From Nemertoderma westbladi (lineage: Eukaryota > Animalia > Xenacoelomorpha), in contig JAUCBJ010009097.1 of NCBI GenBank assembly GCA_032718475.1, forward strand, positions 83,821 through 147,820: 64,000 nt of DNA. Direction: 5' to 3'. A model generated the notes under the pieces. That model did no database searches. It saw only the letters and a list, made by a program, of their open reading frames with translations, and was not told where the DNA came from. Positions within the stretch are counted from its first letter, which is position 1; each line of letters starts with the position of its first letter. This document shows, one piece after another, positions 1 to 12,583 of the stretch. The translations under genes and the position numbers were made by a program.

Positions 1-713
1 GATGGTTGGTTCTATAAAAGTTTGACTGGCCCATTTGTTTCAAAATTGATTTATTAAATTAAATGAACGGGAAAAGGGCCACCTTACTATCATAAAGAAT
101 GAGATGATTGACATTAGGGCCACAAATACATCATTTACAGTGGCCCATTTGCATCCAAATTGATCTTACAAATAAACTGAACTGTAAGAATGAAGAGAAA
201 TAAGATGGGGCCATTGAGTTATATAGGTACACTATACCTACATATCTCACTATATATAGATATATAAGTTGGCCCTTTCGCTCGTTTTTTCAACTTTATG
301 TATGTATATTAAAATGGTATATGTAGGAACATATATACACAAGATATGTAGATATACTAATGGCCCTTTTTACTTCCATTCTGTGTTATATACTGTAGGT
401 ACATAATACCCTTCATTTCAAAGATACATATCTATGGCCCTTTAGGCCGAACGTACATATATATATATTACATTTATAAAATTTGCTTTTCAAGACACAC
501 TAATTATATCTTTAAAAATAATATTTGATTATTTGATATTTGACTAAAATAACATAATGAACTACAAGTAAAAAAATACCTTTCACCTTATGCCCATCCA
601 AATGACGGAGGAGCTGTAAGTTGTCTACAAGAGTAAACTTATAACAAAAACGAAGTTAATTATTACAGTTTTCTAAGTTTTTAACATATTGCCAAAGTAC
701 ATCAACGGTGGCT

Positions 714-1445
714 CTAACACCTAGATCGGGAGGTATTGAGATTCTGTCTGAACATTCTCCGTATAATGTAGACCTGGACCGATCCAGTGATTACCATCAT
801 CACGCATTGCATTGTAGACCACAAATTGATGTATTTATTTTTCGACAGTCCCACGAAATAATCCCGGGTGATGACGTCATAATCCCTAGTGCATAACTGT
901 TTGATCAAGAGGATTTCCTCTTGTATGTTAAGTAATCTATTGGTGACATCGTCGATAGCAATCATTGTTTCCTTTGTATCAGAATCCACCATTTTTTGTA
1001 ACTGTTTCCTCGACCTGTTTTTATCATAAATGTTTATGAAAGTCGACACTCGAATATTACTGACACGTATTCTAGTGCTAGCGAAACAAACTTTATATTC
1101 TGCAAACTCCAAAATATTCATGTTAATTTCGCCCCGGGGTTCCAACCTCCGGAGATGGTAGGGCTGATGAAATGGAGTTTGTTTTATAAAAAATGTAAGA
1201 TCTCCCCCAGTTAGTTCTTGGTAAGTGACGTAAAGTACACTCCCAGCTCGCAGTTTTTCGATAAAACAAATATCACTTCTTGGTTCTATAACTACAGTTA
1301 GTCTTTGGGATACATACCCCGGCATAATCTCTCCGAACATATTGTGATCCTCATCATCACTGGAGTTGATTGGATTTACTGCCGTTTCTTCACCGTTTAT
1401 GATGTTTATAAAATAGATATAAAATGAAATTATTATTACATTCAT
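714..1445 (-). CDS. p24/emp24/gp25L (TMED) family cargo receptor, gamma-like (TMED1/5-type), paralog A
   Basis: 243-aa intact intronless ORF: hydrophobic N-terminal signal peptide, the two GOLD cysteines (DICFIE, YKVCF), a coiled-coil stalk, TM segment INLWSTMQCVMMVITGSVQVYIIRRMF typical of p24 proteins, and a short basic tail. Confidence 0.9.
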   Translation of the reverse strand: MNVIIISFYIYFINIINGEETAVNPINSSDDEDHNMFGEIMPGYVSQRLTVVIEPRSDICFIEKLRAGSVLYVTYQELTGGDLTFFIKQTPFHQPYHLRRLEPRGEINMNILEFAEYKVCFASTRIRVSNIRVSTFINIYDKNRSRKQLQKMVDSDTKETMIAIDDVTNRLLNIQEEILLIKQLCTRDYDVITRDYFVGLSKNKYINLWSTMQCVMMVITGSVQVYIIRRMFRQNLNTSRSRC

Positions 1446-2303
1446 CCTGAATATCTATTATAATTGTATAACAAGATAATTGTATACAATATAAATTATA
1501 ACTTGACTCAGAGCGGGTTGGTTAGGTTTATATAATACTATATAATAAAATAATTTCAATGGTGATCCATGGCTTCTTCAACCATGGTACAATAGTTATT
1601 GCCTGATTGCAGCATCGATGATACAATTTTCTGAGTTTTGAAATATGCTTTTTGGAAGATAAAAAATTACTCGGTCGTTAAGCAAGCCCATTGCCCAGCC
1701 AGGTATCTTATTCGAATTTCCGAAGTCTTTAATTTGATATGGTGTTATTAAAATGTATTTATGTTTCATGTAAATTTTATATATTATATATTAGGGCGGT
1801 GCATTTTTTACTTTTTTTCGATTTCATTGTTCTACTGGTGCGCAAAAGTTGCCAAATGGTAAAAAATTAAGGCAAGAAAAATTTCTCTAAATTTCATCGA
1901 TATCTTGACGGATCCCAAGAGGGTTGAAATTTTGAGCCATCGCGATGCACCACAATTAAAATTATAACAATATAACACATTAATGAAAGATCAATGCCTC
2001 AAGAAAGAACTTCCTGCATGCATCAAATGTCATCAAATGGGTCCAAACTTAGTTAGATACCAAAATTTTAATTTTTGGATCAAGGGAACTAGTGCCACAG
2101 GCACATAGACAGAACCTACCATTTGGCGCAAGTGGTGATAATTCTCAATTTTCGCGATAGCCAACTTTGAGTTCTCCTACTGCATTAATATTATGCTCAT
2201 TAGAACCGAAATTTAGTGGGGGTAGACATCTTCAAAACAAACATAGAGCGAATAGTTCGTGAAATATCGCTGAATATCGCTGAAAATGTGAAGTCCGGCA
2301 CAA

Positions 2304-2643
2304 GTCTTCATTACCGCCTTGATGCGATATTGACAAATCCTCAAAAAATTTTATTTTGAATTATCTCAAGGAATCAAGAATAGACACATCACAGAAATGA
2401 TCGATGTAGTGGGTGGTATAGACACCTTCAAAATAAGAGTAGAGTCATTAGTTCTTGAGTTATTTTACAAAATGTCAAGACTATATCTACCAATTAATAC
2501 TTGATATTGAGTTGAATTTTGAAGGTGTCTGTATACACTAAATCAATTTTTTGCAGCGATGTGTCTATTCTTGATTCCTTGAGATAATTCAAAATATTTT
2601 TTTTGAGGATTTGACCATATCGCATCAAGGCGGTAGTGTAGAC
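2304..2643. mobile_element. Foldback/MITE-like inverted repeat
   Basis: 2304-2433 is an imperfect reverse complement of 2516-2643 (ttaccgccttgatgcgatat...gaatcaagaatagacacatc versus gatgtgtctattcttgattc...atatcgcatcaaggcggta). Confidence 0.75.
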
Positions 2644-2658
2644 CGATCAGTAGGGGAT

Positions 2659-5600
2659 CAGTAGATGCAGTGGATGGTGTGACTACATCGGAGACCAGTA
2701 GATGTAGTGGATGGTGTGACTCCATCGGAGACCAGTAGATGTAGTGGATGGTGTGACTCCATCGGAGACCAGTAGAGTAGATGTAGTGGATGGTGTGACT
2801 CCATCGGAGACCAGTAGAGTAGATGTAGTGGATGGTGTGACTCCATCGGAGACCAGTTGAGTAGATGTAGTGGATTGTGTGACTCCATCGGAGACCAGTA
2901 GATGTAGTGGATGGTGTGACTCCATCGGAGACCAGTAGATGTAGTGGATGGTGTGACTCCATCGGAGACCAGTAGATGTAGTGGATGGTGTGACTCCATC
3001 GGAGACCAGTAGATGTAGTGGATGGTGTGACTCCATCGGAGACCAGTTGATGTAGTGGATGGTGTGACTCCATCGGAGACCAGTAGATGTAGTGGATGGT
3101 GTGACTTCATCGGAGGCCAATACATGTAGTGGATGGTGTGACTTCATCGGAGGCCAATAGATGTAGTGGATAGTGTGACTCCATCGGAGACCAGTAGATG
3201 TAGTGGATGGTGTGACTCCATCGGAGACCAGTAGATGTAGTGGATGGTGTGACTCCATCGGAGACCAGTAGATGTAGTGGATGGTGTGACTCCATCGGAG
3301 ACCAGTAGATGTAGTGGATGGTGTGACTCCATCGGAGACCAGTAGATGTAGTGGATGGTGTGACTTCATCGGAGGCCAATACATGTAGTGGATGGTGTGA
3401 CTTCATCGGAGGCCAATAGATGTAGTGGATGGTGTGACTCCATCGGAGACCAGTAGATGTAGTGGATGGTGTGACTTCATCGGAGGCCAATACATGTAGT
3501 GGATGGTGTGACTTCATCGGAGGCCAATAGATGTAGTGGATAGTGTGACTCCATCGGAGACCAGTAGATGTAGTGGATGGTGTGACTCCATCGGAGACCA
3601 GTAGATGTAGTGGATGGTGTGACTCCATCGGAGACCAGTAGATGTAGTGGATGGTGTGACTCCATCGGAGACCAGTAGAGTAGATGTAGTGGATTGTGTG
3701 ACTACATCGGAGACCAGTAGATGTAGTGGATGGTGTGACTCCATCGGAGACCAGTAGATATAGTGGATGGTGTGACTCCATCGGAGACCAGTAGATGTAG
3801 TGGATGGTGTCACTCCATCAGAGACCAGTAGATTTAGTGGATGGTGTGACTCCATCGGAGACCAGTAGATGTAGTGGATGGTGTGACTCCATCGGAGGCC
3901 AATAGATGTAGTGGATGGTGTGACTCCATCGGAGACCAGTAGATGTAGTGGATGGTGTGACTCCATCGGAGGCCAATAGATGTAGTGGATGGTTTCACTC
4001 CATCGGAGACCAGTAGATGTAGTGGATGGTGTGACTCCATCGGAGACCAGTAGATGTAGTGGATGGTGTGACTCCATCGGAGACCAGTAGATGTAGTAAA
4101 TGGTGTGACTCCATCGGAGACCAGTAAATGTAGTGGATGGTGTGACTCCATCGGAGACCAGTAGATGTAGTGGATGGTGTGACTCCATCGGAGACCAGTA
4201 GATGTAGTGGAAGGTGTGACTCCATCGGAGACCAGTAGAGTAGACATAGTGGATTGTGTGACTCCATCGGAGACCAGGAGATATAGTGGATGGTTTCACT
4301 CCATCGGAGACCAGTAGATGTAGTGGATGGTGTGACTCCATCGGAGACCAGTAGATGTTTGTGGATGGTGTGACTCCATCGGAGACCAGTAGATGTAGTG
4401 GATGGTGTGACTCCATCGGAGAACAGTAGAGTAGATGCAGTGGATGGTGTGACTCCATCGGAGACCAGTAGAGTAGATGTAGTGGATGGTGTGACTCCAT
4501 CGGAGACCAGTAGATGTAGTGGATGGTGTGACTCTATCGGAGACCAGTAGATGTAGTGGATGGTGTGACTCCATCGGAGACCAGTTGATGTAGTGGATGG
4601 TGTGACTCCATCGGAGACCAGTAGATGTTTGTGGATGGTGTGACTCCATCGGAGACCAGTAGATGTAGTGGATGGTGTGACTCCATCGGAGAACAGTAGA
4701 GTAGATGCAGTGGATGGTTTCACTCCATCGGAGACCAGTAGATGTAGTGGATGGTGTGACTCCATCGGAGACCAGTAGATGTTTGTGGATGGTGTGACTC
4801 CATCGGAGACCAGTAGATGTAGTGGATGGTGTGACTCCATCGGAGAACAGTAGAGTAGATGCAGTGGATGGTGTGACTCCATCGGAGACCAGTAGAGTAG
4901 ATGTAGTGGATGGTGTGACTCCATCGGAGACCAGTAGATGTAGTGGATGGTGTGACTCTATCGGAGACCAGTAGATGTAGTGGATGGTGTGACTCCATCG
5001 GAGACCAGTAGATGTAGTGGATGGTGTGACTCCATCAGAGACCAGTAGATGTAGTGGATGGTGTGACTCCATCGGAGGCCAATAGATGTAGTGGATGGTG
5101 TGACTCCATCGGAGACCAGTAGATGTAGTGGATGGTGTGACTCCATCGGAGACCAGTAGATGTAGTGGATGGTGTGACTCCATCGGAGACCAGTAGATGT
5201 AGTGGATGGTGTGACTCCATCGGAGACCAGTAGATGTAGTGGATGGTGTGACTCTATCGGAGACCAGTAGATGTAGTGGATGGTGTGACTCCATCGGAGA
5301 CCAGTAGATTTAGTGGATGGTGTGACTCTATCGGAGACCAGTAGATGTAGTGGATGGTGTGACTCTATCGGAGACCAGTAGATGTAGTGGATGGTGTGAC
5401 TCCATCGGAGACCAGTAGATGTAGTGGAAGGTGTGACTCCATCGGAGAACAGTAGAGTAGATGTAGTGGATGGTGTGACTCCATCGGAGAACAGTAGAGT
5501 AGATGTAGTGGATTGTGTGACTCTATCGGAGACCAGTAGATGTAGTGGATGGTGTGACTCCATCGGAGACCAGTAGATGTAGTGGATGGTGTGACTCTAT

Positions 5601-6143
5601 CGGAGACCAGTAGATGTAGTGGATGGTGTGACTCCATCGGAGACCAGTAGATGTAGTGGATGGTGTGACTCCATCGGAGACCAGTAGATGTAGTGGATGG
5701 TGTGACTCCATCGGAGACCAGTAGATGTAGTGGATGGTGTGACTCCATCGGAGACCAGTAGATGTAGTGGATGGTGTGACTCCATCGGAGACCAGTAGAT
5801 GTAGTGGATGGTGTGACTCCATCGGAGACCAGTAGATGTAGTGGATGGTGTGACTCCATCGGAGACCAGTAGATGTTTGTGGATGGTGTGACTCCATCGG
5901 AGACCAGTAGATATAGTGGATGGTGTGACTCCATCGGAGACCAGTAGATGTAGTGGATGGTGTGACTCCATCGGAGACCAGTAGATGTAGTGGATGGTGT
6001 GACTCCATCGGAGACCAGTAGATGTAGTGGATGGTGTGACTCCATCGGAGACCAGTAGATGTAGTGGATGGTGTGACTCCATCGGAGGCCAGTAGATGTA
6101 GTGGATGGTGTGACTCCATCGGAGACCAGTAGATGTAGTGGAT
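2659..6143. repeat. 37-bp tandem minisatellite, about 90-95 copies
   Basis: Consensus ccagtagatgtagtggatggtgtgactccatcggaga repeated head to tail with no spacers; 42-bp (+agagt) and 38-bp (gatgtttgtgg) variants recur. Confidence 0.98.
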
Positions 6144-6974
6144 TTAGTGATGTAGTAGATTTTGTCCCACGTTATAAAATAGAGCCACGTTAAATACAAA
6201 CTGTACCCCTTACCTGTCCTTTTTGTGCCATTTATTGCATTTGCTAAATAAATAATAGACAAAAATTCTAATCCTATAAATTGCTATACACAAAATAATT
6301 AGGTAGTTTATATATATTCTATATATTATATATATATATTACTTTAAAAAAATTACAGAAAATGTGTTGAGAGGATGCTATATAATTATATACTCTCACT
6401 CGGGAATCCAATGTAAATGTTATATATTATTGTTAACTACACAATAATAGGTTGCATATTAGACCGATCAATGATTCCTTTATGGCTTGCAATGTGTTGC
6501 TTAGTCAATGGGTTTTTCCAACCAGTTCCAAACTAAGTCTTGTATTACGTGATGTACATATCATACGTACTACATGATAGGAGTATAGACATACTGTTCA
6601 GAGAGTATAGAGGCTGCAAATCGTTTTCTATGCTGAAGCAAATGTTCAAGAGGATTTATATTCACAGAGAGTTGCAATGTAGAGCTGTACGTACATAGTT
6701 ATAAAATACCAGATATTAGTAATATCTCGGATTCAATTTAATTCGAATTCAATATTGATAATTGTATATCTCATAAAGACAACACTGCCTCATTTTACAA
6801 TTTCTGGACATATTTCTGGAGATTATCATCTTCTACTCTCATTAAATACAGGCCATCCCTCCATCAAAAAGCAGACACTGAATACCGTTATTCTTTGAGG
6901 CAGGTTGCCATTTCTGGTGGGGCACGGGAATAACGTTGTACTTTACATTGAGTGACTGTCAAAGACCAAAATAT

Positions 6975-7065
6975 GATAGTAGCTCAGTTGTCTTAGGACA
7001 CACACCCGGCTGATGATAACCGGAAGTTTGAAACCTAGGTACCGGGTTCGAGACACAATAGGGAC
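6975..7065 (+). mobile_element. tRNA-derived SINE head or tRNA pseudogene (second copy at ~13672-13762)
   Basis: A-box-like tagctcagttg (6980) and B-box-like gggttcgagac (7044); no convincing cloverleaf. Confidence 0.45.
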
Positions 7066-7469
7066 GGTTGATATGTTTCGCTAACATTATCATAATGTAC
7101 TATAACATAAAAAACATAATTTGTAATGAGACATTCTTAATGAGTTCATTACAAATAAATAATACAATCAGATATAAAGAATGTAAGACGGATATTCACA
7201 TTCGAATATACTGACCAGGAATTTATAGCCATAACTACTTATCATATAAATTACAATAATATAATTAATTAATAATAACAAAACCGAGAGAAAGCCGCCC
7301 CAATATTAGATTATAACAACAACGTTTCCATTGGGTAAGGAAGTGGAGGAGAGCCAGCCTGACGTTTAATTTAGTTTATATTACGCGATAAATTTTCACT
7401 ACACTTTTCACACTAAGACCGAATTCAACTTTTAATGTTAATGAAACTTGACAACCATTGATAAAAATC

Positions 7470-7690
7470 AACTAAGGAAGGTTGACGACTTCATTACCTT
7501 GGATCATGGATAGATAGAGAGTAGCAAAAAACGCATAGAAGTTAGTAAAGCGAAGGCATGGGTAGCTCTATCAAAAATGAATACCATCTGGAAATCAAAT
7601 CTCTCCAGGCACCTGAAGACTAAGTTCTTTCGAGCCACAGTGGAAAGTGTACTTTTATACGGGGGTGAGACCTGGACACTTACGAAATCA
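7470..7690 (+). mobile_element. RTE-like non-LTR retrotransposon fragment (post-RT region; second copy at ~14168-14388)
   Basis: Translates KAKAWVALSKMNTIWKSNLSRHLKTKFFRATVESVLLYGGETWTLT, matching the characteristic RTE-clade K....F...V.S.LLYG.ETW motif. Confidence 0.8.
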
Positions 7691-8572
7691 TTTTAAATTT
7701 TTTTGTCATTTTTTAATGTCATTTTTTTTACACGATCATTCGGTAGCTATGATTGTATGACAGCTACAACGATGAAACAAACGCCAAAAGTTCGATATTT
7801 AAAAGTTCTACAAGTCTGTAGAAAATAAATCTTCTGAACGTTGAAAAGTGTTCGAGTTATTCGAGATCCCGCAATAGGAGTCTGGAAATACGAAATTATG
7901 CTTTTGGCACCAATTTATTTAAAAACGTATCGAGCCCAAAACCAACGTTAAAATCGAATTCAGCGTAGCATTATTGACCGTAAGGCGTATTTTTTTTATC
8001 AATAAGAGTGAAATATAAAACAGTTTTTATATAAAAATCAATTATATTTCCTGCCATTTTTGACCCCTATAGGACATATATTTTTTGTACATTCGATACG
8101 AATACAGTGCCGGTGGTCATTTACACGTTTCAAGAAGTAATGGGTCGATTGGAATTAGCATTGTCTAATTTTAAATTCAATTAATTTTTTATTATTAATT
8201 AAAAAAAAACGGACAAAATTTGGGCCCTATATTCGACCAGATATATAAATAATTCGCTTACCCCCCCCCCCCCCCCACCCCCATTCGATACGATGTTAGA
8301 TCCACTCTTCCTTTCCCCAAACGCTGTGGTTCGGTGCCTTTACAATAAGTAGTAGCGGAGCAATAAAGGATAGTGTAACGTCATTTTGTGACATCACAAT
8401 TGGCTGAATAAAACTTCACTGTTGTCAATTTTACAAGTTATTTATGAAAAAAATACACGTGCTTAAACTTTCTGAAATTTTTCTTGTTATACTAAAATAA
8501 TTCACATATCAGTAACATTATATTAACCCATCAACAATCAGTATGCCACCAATATTGCACCATAGTAACAAT

Positions 8573-9304
8573 CTAACACCTAGGTCTGGAGGTATCCAGG
8601 TGCTGTCTGAACATTCTCCTTATAATGTAGACCTGGACCGATCCAGTGATTATCATCATCAGACATTGCATTGCGGACCACCAATTTATGTAATTGTTTT
8701 TCGACAGTCCCAAATAAAAATCCCGCATGATCTGATCGTGGTCCCTGGTGCAGAACTGCTTGATCACAAGGATTCTCTCCTGTATTGTAAGTAAGCTATT
8801 GACGACAACAGCGACAGCAACCATTGATTCCTTTGTATCAGAATCCATTGTGTTTTGCAACTGTCTCCTCGCCCTTTCTTTATCATAAATGTTTATGAAA
8901 GTCGCAACGCGAATATCACTGAATCCAATTCGAGTTCTAGAGAAACATACTTTGTATTCCGCATCCTCCAAGATATTCATGTTAATTTGGCCCTGGGATA
9001 CGTCCCTGTGGACATCCAGAGGCTGTGGGATAGCAGTTTGCTTTATGTAAATGGTAAGTTCTTGTCCTCCAGATAGTTCTTGGTAAGTGACGTACAAAAC
9101 ACTCCCAGCGCGAAGATTTTCGAAAAAACAAATATCACTTCTCGGTTCGATAATTAGAGTGAGACGTTGAGATATATATCCCGGCATAAACTCTCCGAAT
9201 ATATCACCATCATCGCTGTAAATCAGGGGATTTTCTGCAGATTGTTCCCCGTTTACGATGTTTATAAAATAAATATAAAATACTATCATTATTATTGCAT
9301 TCAT
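8573..9304 (-). CDS. p24/TMED family protein, paralog B1
   Basis: 243-aa intact intronless ORF with the same architecture as 714-1445 (DICFFE, YKVCF, WWSAMQCLMMIITGSVQVYIIRRMF) but clearly diverged from it. Confidence 0.9.
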   Translation of the reverse strand: MNAIIMIVFYIYFINIVNGEQSAENPLIYSDDGDIFGEFMPGYISQRLTLIIEPRSDICFFENLRAGSVLYVTYQELSGGQELTIYIKQTAIPQPLDVHRDVSQGQINMNILEDAEYKVCFSRTRIGFSDIRVATFINIYDKERARRQLQNTMDSDTKESMVAVAVVVNSLLTIQERILVIKQFCTRDHDQIMRDFYLGLSKNNYINWWSAMQCLMMIITGSVQVYIIRRMFRQHLDTSRPRC

Positions 9305-10409
9305 AATGAATTATTTATTATAATTGTAATTCTAAGTGATTTAATTATATTATATAAATTTTACTTTAGAAGTATTGGAGACATAATGTAGACTAGACGA
9401 GTAAGGTTCCAATGAAACTGATTGAATTGTGAAGTGAACTGATTTATCAATCAGTTAAAGTGTGCAACCCATAACGCATTCCAGAGAATGTATGATACAA
9501 TAATGTTAGCCAAGAGGTGGTTTAACAACCCACCTCAGGGTATATGGGCTAACATAAGCCCAAGGGCATAGGGAGGATTGTGAGGACAGGATAAGCCGAC
9601 CACCAATGGGAGGGCCACAGATTGCAATTATTAGTATATGTGTATCGTTTAGTTGCCCAACCATCCGTGTTGAGGTGTAATGTAATTTCCCTATTTCCAT
9701 ATTGATATCATACCAACTCAGTTAGCTATTTTATTACAGTATTAATGTAGGAGGATGTCACACAGTTTTACACCGTCGTCCGTAACATTATACTGATTGT
9801 GCTGTGATTCATCTACCGATAAATATTGCAAGCTAATAACATCAAGTAATAACATCAAACTCTTTATTTACCCAGCATTCGGCCCTTCAGTATTTCTCAA
9901 CAGCTTAACGCAGCGACGAGTAGTGAACTGCAACATCGATTCATCTGGTCGGGATCCTTTAGCCAACCAGGATCATATCACAATTCGTTAACTTCGAGGA
10001 TGGAATTCAAATTAGAAACGACGTTTCATTCCGCGACTTTTCGTAAATAATTAGCTAACATAATCCAGTACACTTTCCAAGCTCCCTTAAAATTTGGTGG
10101 GTGGGTGGGGGTAGTGATTCGACCCAGAACTGATTTCTTAAATTAATTTCTTAAATCTTAAATTTTTTAAAAAAATTCGCTGAAATTTGTTAACAATATA
10201 TCTAGTGGTATATTTTAACACATTCTTGAAAAAAAAATCGATTTCAAATCGAATCGAATCCATTTTTTTGGAAGATTAAATAAGAAAAATAGTGGTTTTG
10301 TGCAATGGAAATATTTAATTGCGAATATTGTGACATATGTACAAGATTTTCAAGTGTTACGTGTATATTGGTGTTGGCATATTCAATGGTAATGAAATTG
10401 AGTTGATAC

Positions 10410-11923
10410 AAGCTGGAGTATTCCATTGGAATCCTCCCCCTCATCCACCACCTCCATAAACCTCCTCTACTTCAAAACTGGTTTGTGGACAATTCGGCTG
10501 TGGTGGGTAAACTCGATCTAGTACTCGAGTGGTTCCTCGAACTCAAGAGTTACGGCCCAACCCTCGGCTACTATCCCAAACCCACAAAGAGGTGCCTCAT
10601 AGTTGCCCCCGATTTTGTGGAGGAGGCACGGAATGTTTTCAGGGGCCAGGATATCAACATCGTCTCTGGCCATCAATTCCTCAGCAGTTTCCTTGGGGGA
10701 CCCACATAGAGGACAACTACATCTGGTCCAAAGTCGCAGTGTGGGTGAAGTCGGTAGATCATTTAGCCGAGATGGTGGAGGCCCAACTCCAAGCCGCATT
10801 CGCAGCTATGGTATGCTCCCTCCAGCGGGAGTGGGCATACCTACAGAGAGTAACTCGGGACTGTGGTGAGGAGTACAAGGTGCTGGAGGAAGCGATAGAG
10901 GAGCAGTTTCTACCCTCAGTCATTGGTGGGGAAATATCCCCAGCAGAGCGCAGTTTATTTGCGCTTTCCCACGCAATGCAGGTTTAGGAAATCCAGTATC
11001 GGAGGCTGGCTTTTCATACTCGTATTGCGGGCAGGAACGAGGTCTCTAACTGAGTCTATCCCGGGAGATCGTGTGTTCTCCCTAACAGAACACCTTGACA
11101 GTATACAGCGTGTGCGGAAAGTGTGATGGGAGCAGAAGCTGGGAAGGGAGAAGGACAGTTTGGATGCGGTGCTGGAGTATCTGTCGCCAGATTTCCAATG
11201 GGTAGTAAAACGCGCCACCAATTTCCACACATATCCTCACTCTTCTGGCCGACCACCAACTTGATCTTTCCCCACTGGAGTTTAGAGATGCACTCGTGAT
11301 CCACTATGGCCGCCTCTTTGTGGGGCTGCCTTTGATTTAAATCACGGTTTAAATTGTAAAAAAAGGCTGCCTCGTTAGTGACACAACGATCTTCGGGAAG
11401 TTGTTGGTGACCTCGAAGCACAGCCTTCGGGCCGCGTAACGTCATCTGCGAATTCGGGAGAGCCATGGGGTAGATGGGGCTGCAGGTCTTCGGTGCGAAA
11501 TTGGTATTCAGGGTGCATTAAACCCACAGACTCAGGCATTGTTAGATATTAGGGTTGTAAACCTTGATGCGGAGTCATATATGGGTCGCACCACTATGTT
11601 TGTACTTGAGTCAGCTGAAGATGAGCAAAAAGCGCCAAATAGCATCCCGCCGTGGATGCTATCTAGGCTCGGTGTGGGGATTTTTCTCCATTCATGGCTT
11701 CCTGTGACGGAGTCCTCGCCCCACAGGCGAACTGGTGGTTGCAGACCAACTGCTCAGGTCGTGGCGATGTCTTTTCAGCGTGACGATGGGCTGGGTCCGT
11801 ACAAGGATTCAGTTCGCGATAATCCGCGGGGCCTCCCACTGCCTTCGTGGCTCCTGGGTTAAGTGGAGAAGCGGCCAAGTCTTTGAGGATGGTGCAGGGT
11901 TGGCAGGTAGTTGGGTGCCGTAA
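10410..11923 (+). mobile_element. Decayed, 5'-truncated CRE-clade non-LTR retrotransposon (end of RT plus restriction-like endonuclease)
   Basis: Frameshifted pieces: WFVDNSAVVG...EWFLELKSYGPTLGYYPKPTK (RT C-terminus), LDIRVVNLDAESY...LESAE (RLE) and MGWVRTRIQFAIIRGASHCLRGSWVKWRSG..FEDGAGL (typical C-terminus of metazoan CRE). Confidence 0.75.
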
Positions 11924-12175
11924 CAGATTAGCCGCCCCGACACGTTGTGTCAGTGTGTTGGCCTACCAACTACTTTAGTTTTTTAAATTTCCCATTGTTT
12001 AAAATTTTCAGATATACACTCCATTACTAAGTAACATAATAAATAGTCTTCTGGTGGTGGGATAATGGTTGGTGCAGACTAAAATGTTGTTCTTTAAAGT
12101 TGTTCTTTCGGTGAACCATTTAACGTTGAATAGTATATGAATATATATATTAATGTATGTTATAAGTTGATACAA

Positions 12176-12583
12176 GTAATGCAACTACCATTTTTCGTGC
12201 GGGCACCAAAAGTGGGTGCAGCACGAAATTTTCAAAATTATTTGTTTTGAAATATTCATTTTATGTAAATTCTAATATAGCAATTACTAGAAATGGGGGG
12301 GGGGGGGGGGGGACGAGGTGGGGGGGACTGAATGAACGCCAATGAAATAATTGCTGATGCTGACTAATACAAATAGTGTTGTTGATAATTTGGTAAAGGA
12401 TTTCTTGTCTGCATGATAGATTATTGATGGAGCTGCAATTTAGAAGTGGACAACTTCTAAATTGATTTTTTACCTGTCACATTACAGTATATATACATTG
12501 ATATGCAAACACAGTGTTTGTCTGTGTCGAGCAGCAGATGCACCCACTTTTGGTGCACGCGCGAATAATGGTAATTGCATTAC
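12176..12583. mobile_element. MITE-like element with ~45-bp inverted repeats
   Basis: gtaatgcaactaccatttttcgtgcgggcaccaaaagtgggtgca (12176) versus tgcacccacttttggtgcacgcgcgaataatggtaattgcattac (12539); a third partial copy lies at ~12721-12750. Confidence 0.6.

Larger units (their letters stand above)
6966..11319. repeat. Segmental duplication, copy 1 (~4.35 kb)
   Basis: Matches 13663-18017 almost base for base at an offset of ~6697-6698; it contains the TMED gene, the RTE fragment and the CRE fragment. Confidence 0.97.

Noticed and set aside
1-455. Recurrent (t)ggccc motifs as a regulatory array
   Set aside because: Irregular spacing and cut off by the window edge; probably the subterminal region of a DNA element and cannot be assigned.
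2659-6143. CRISPR array (37-bp partly palindromic repeat)
   Set aside because: Units are contiguous with no unique spacers, there are no cas genes, and the context is eukaryotic.
2543-6262. Many overlapping minus-strand ORFs (MESHHPLHLL...)
   Set aside because: Artefact of a stop-free 37-bp unit that cycles through all three frames; no unique coding ends.
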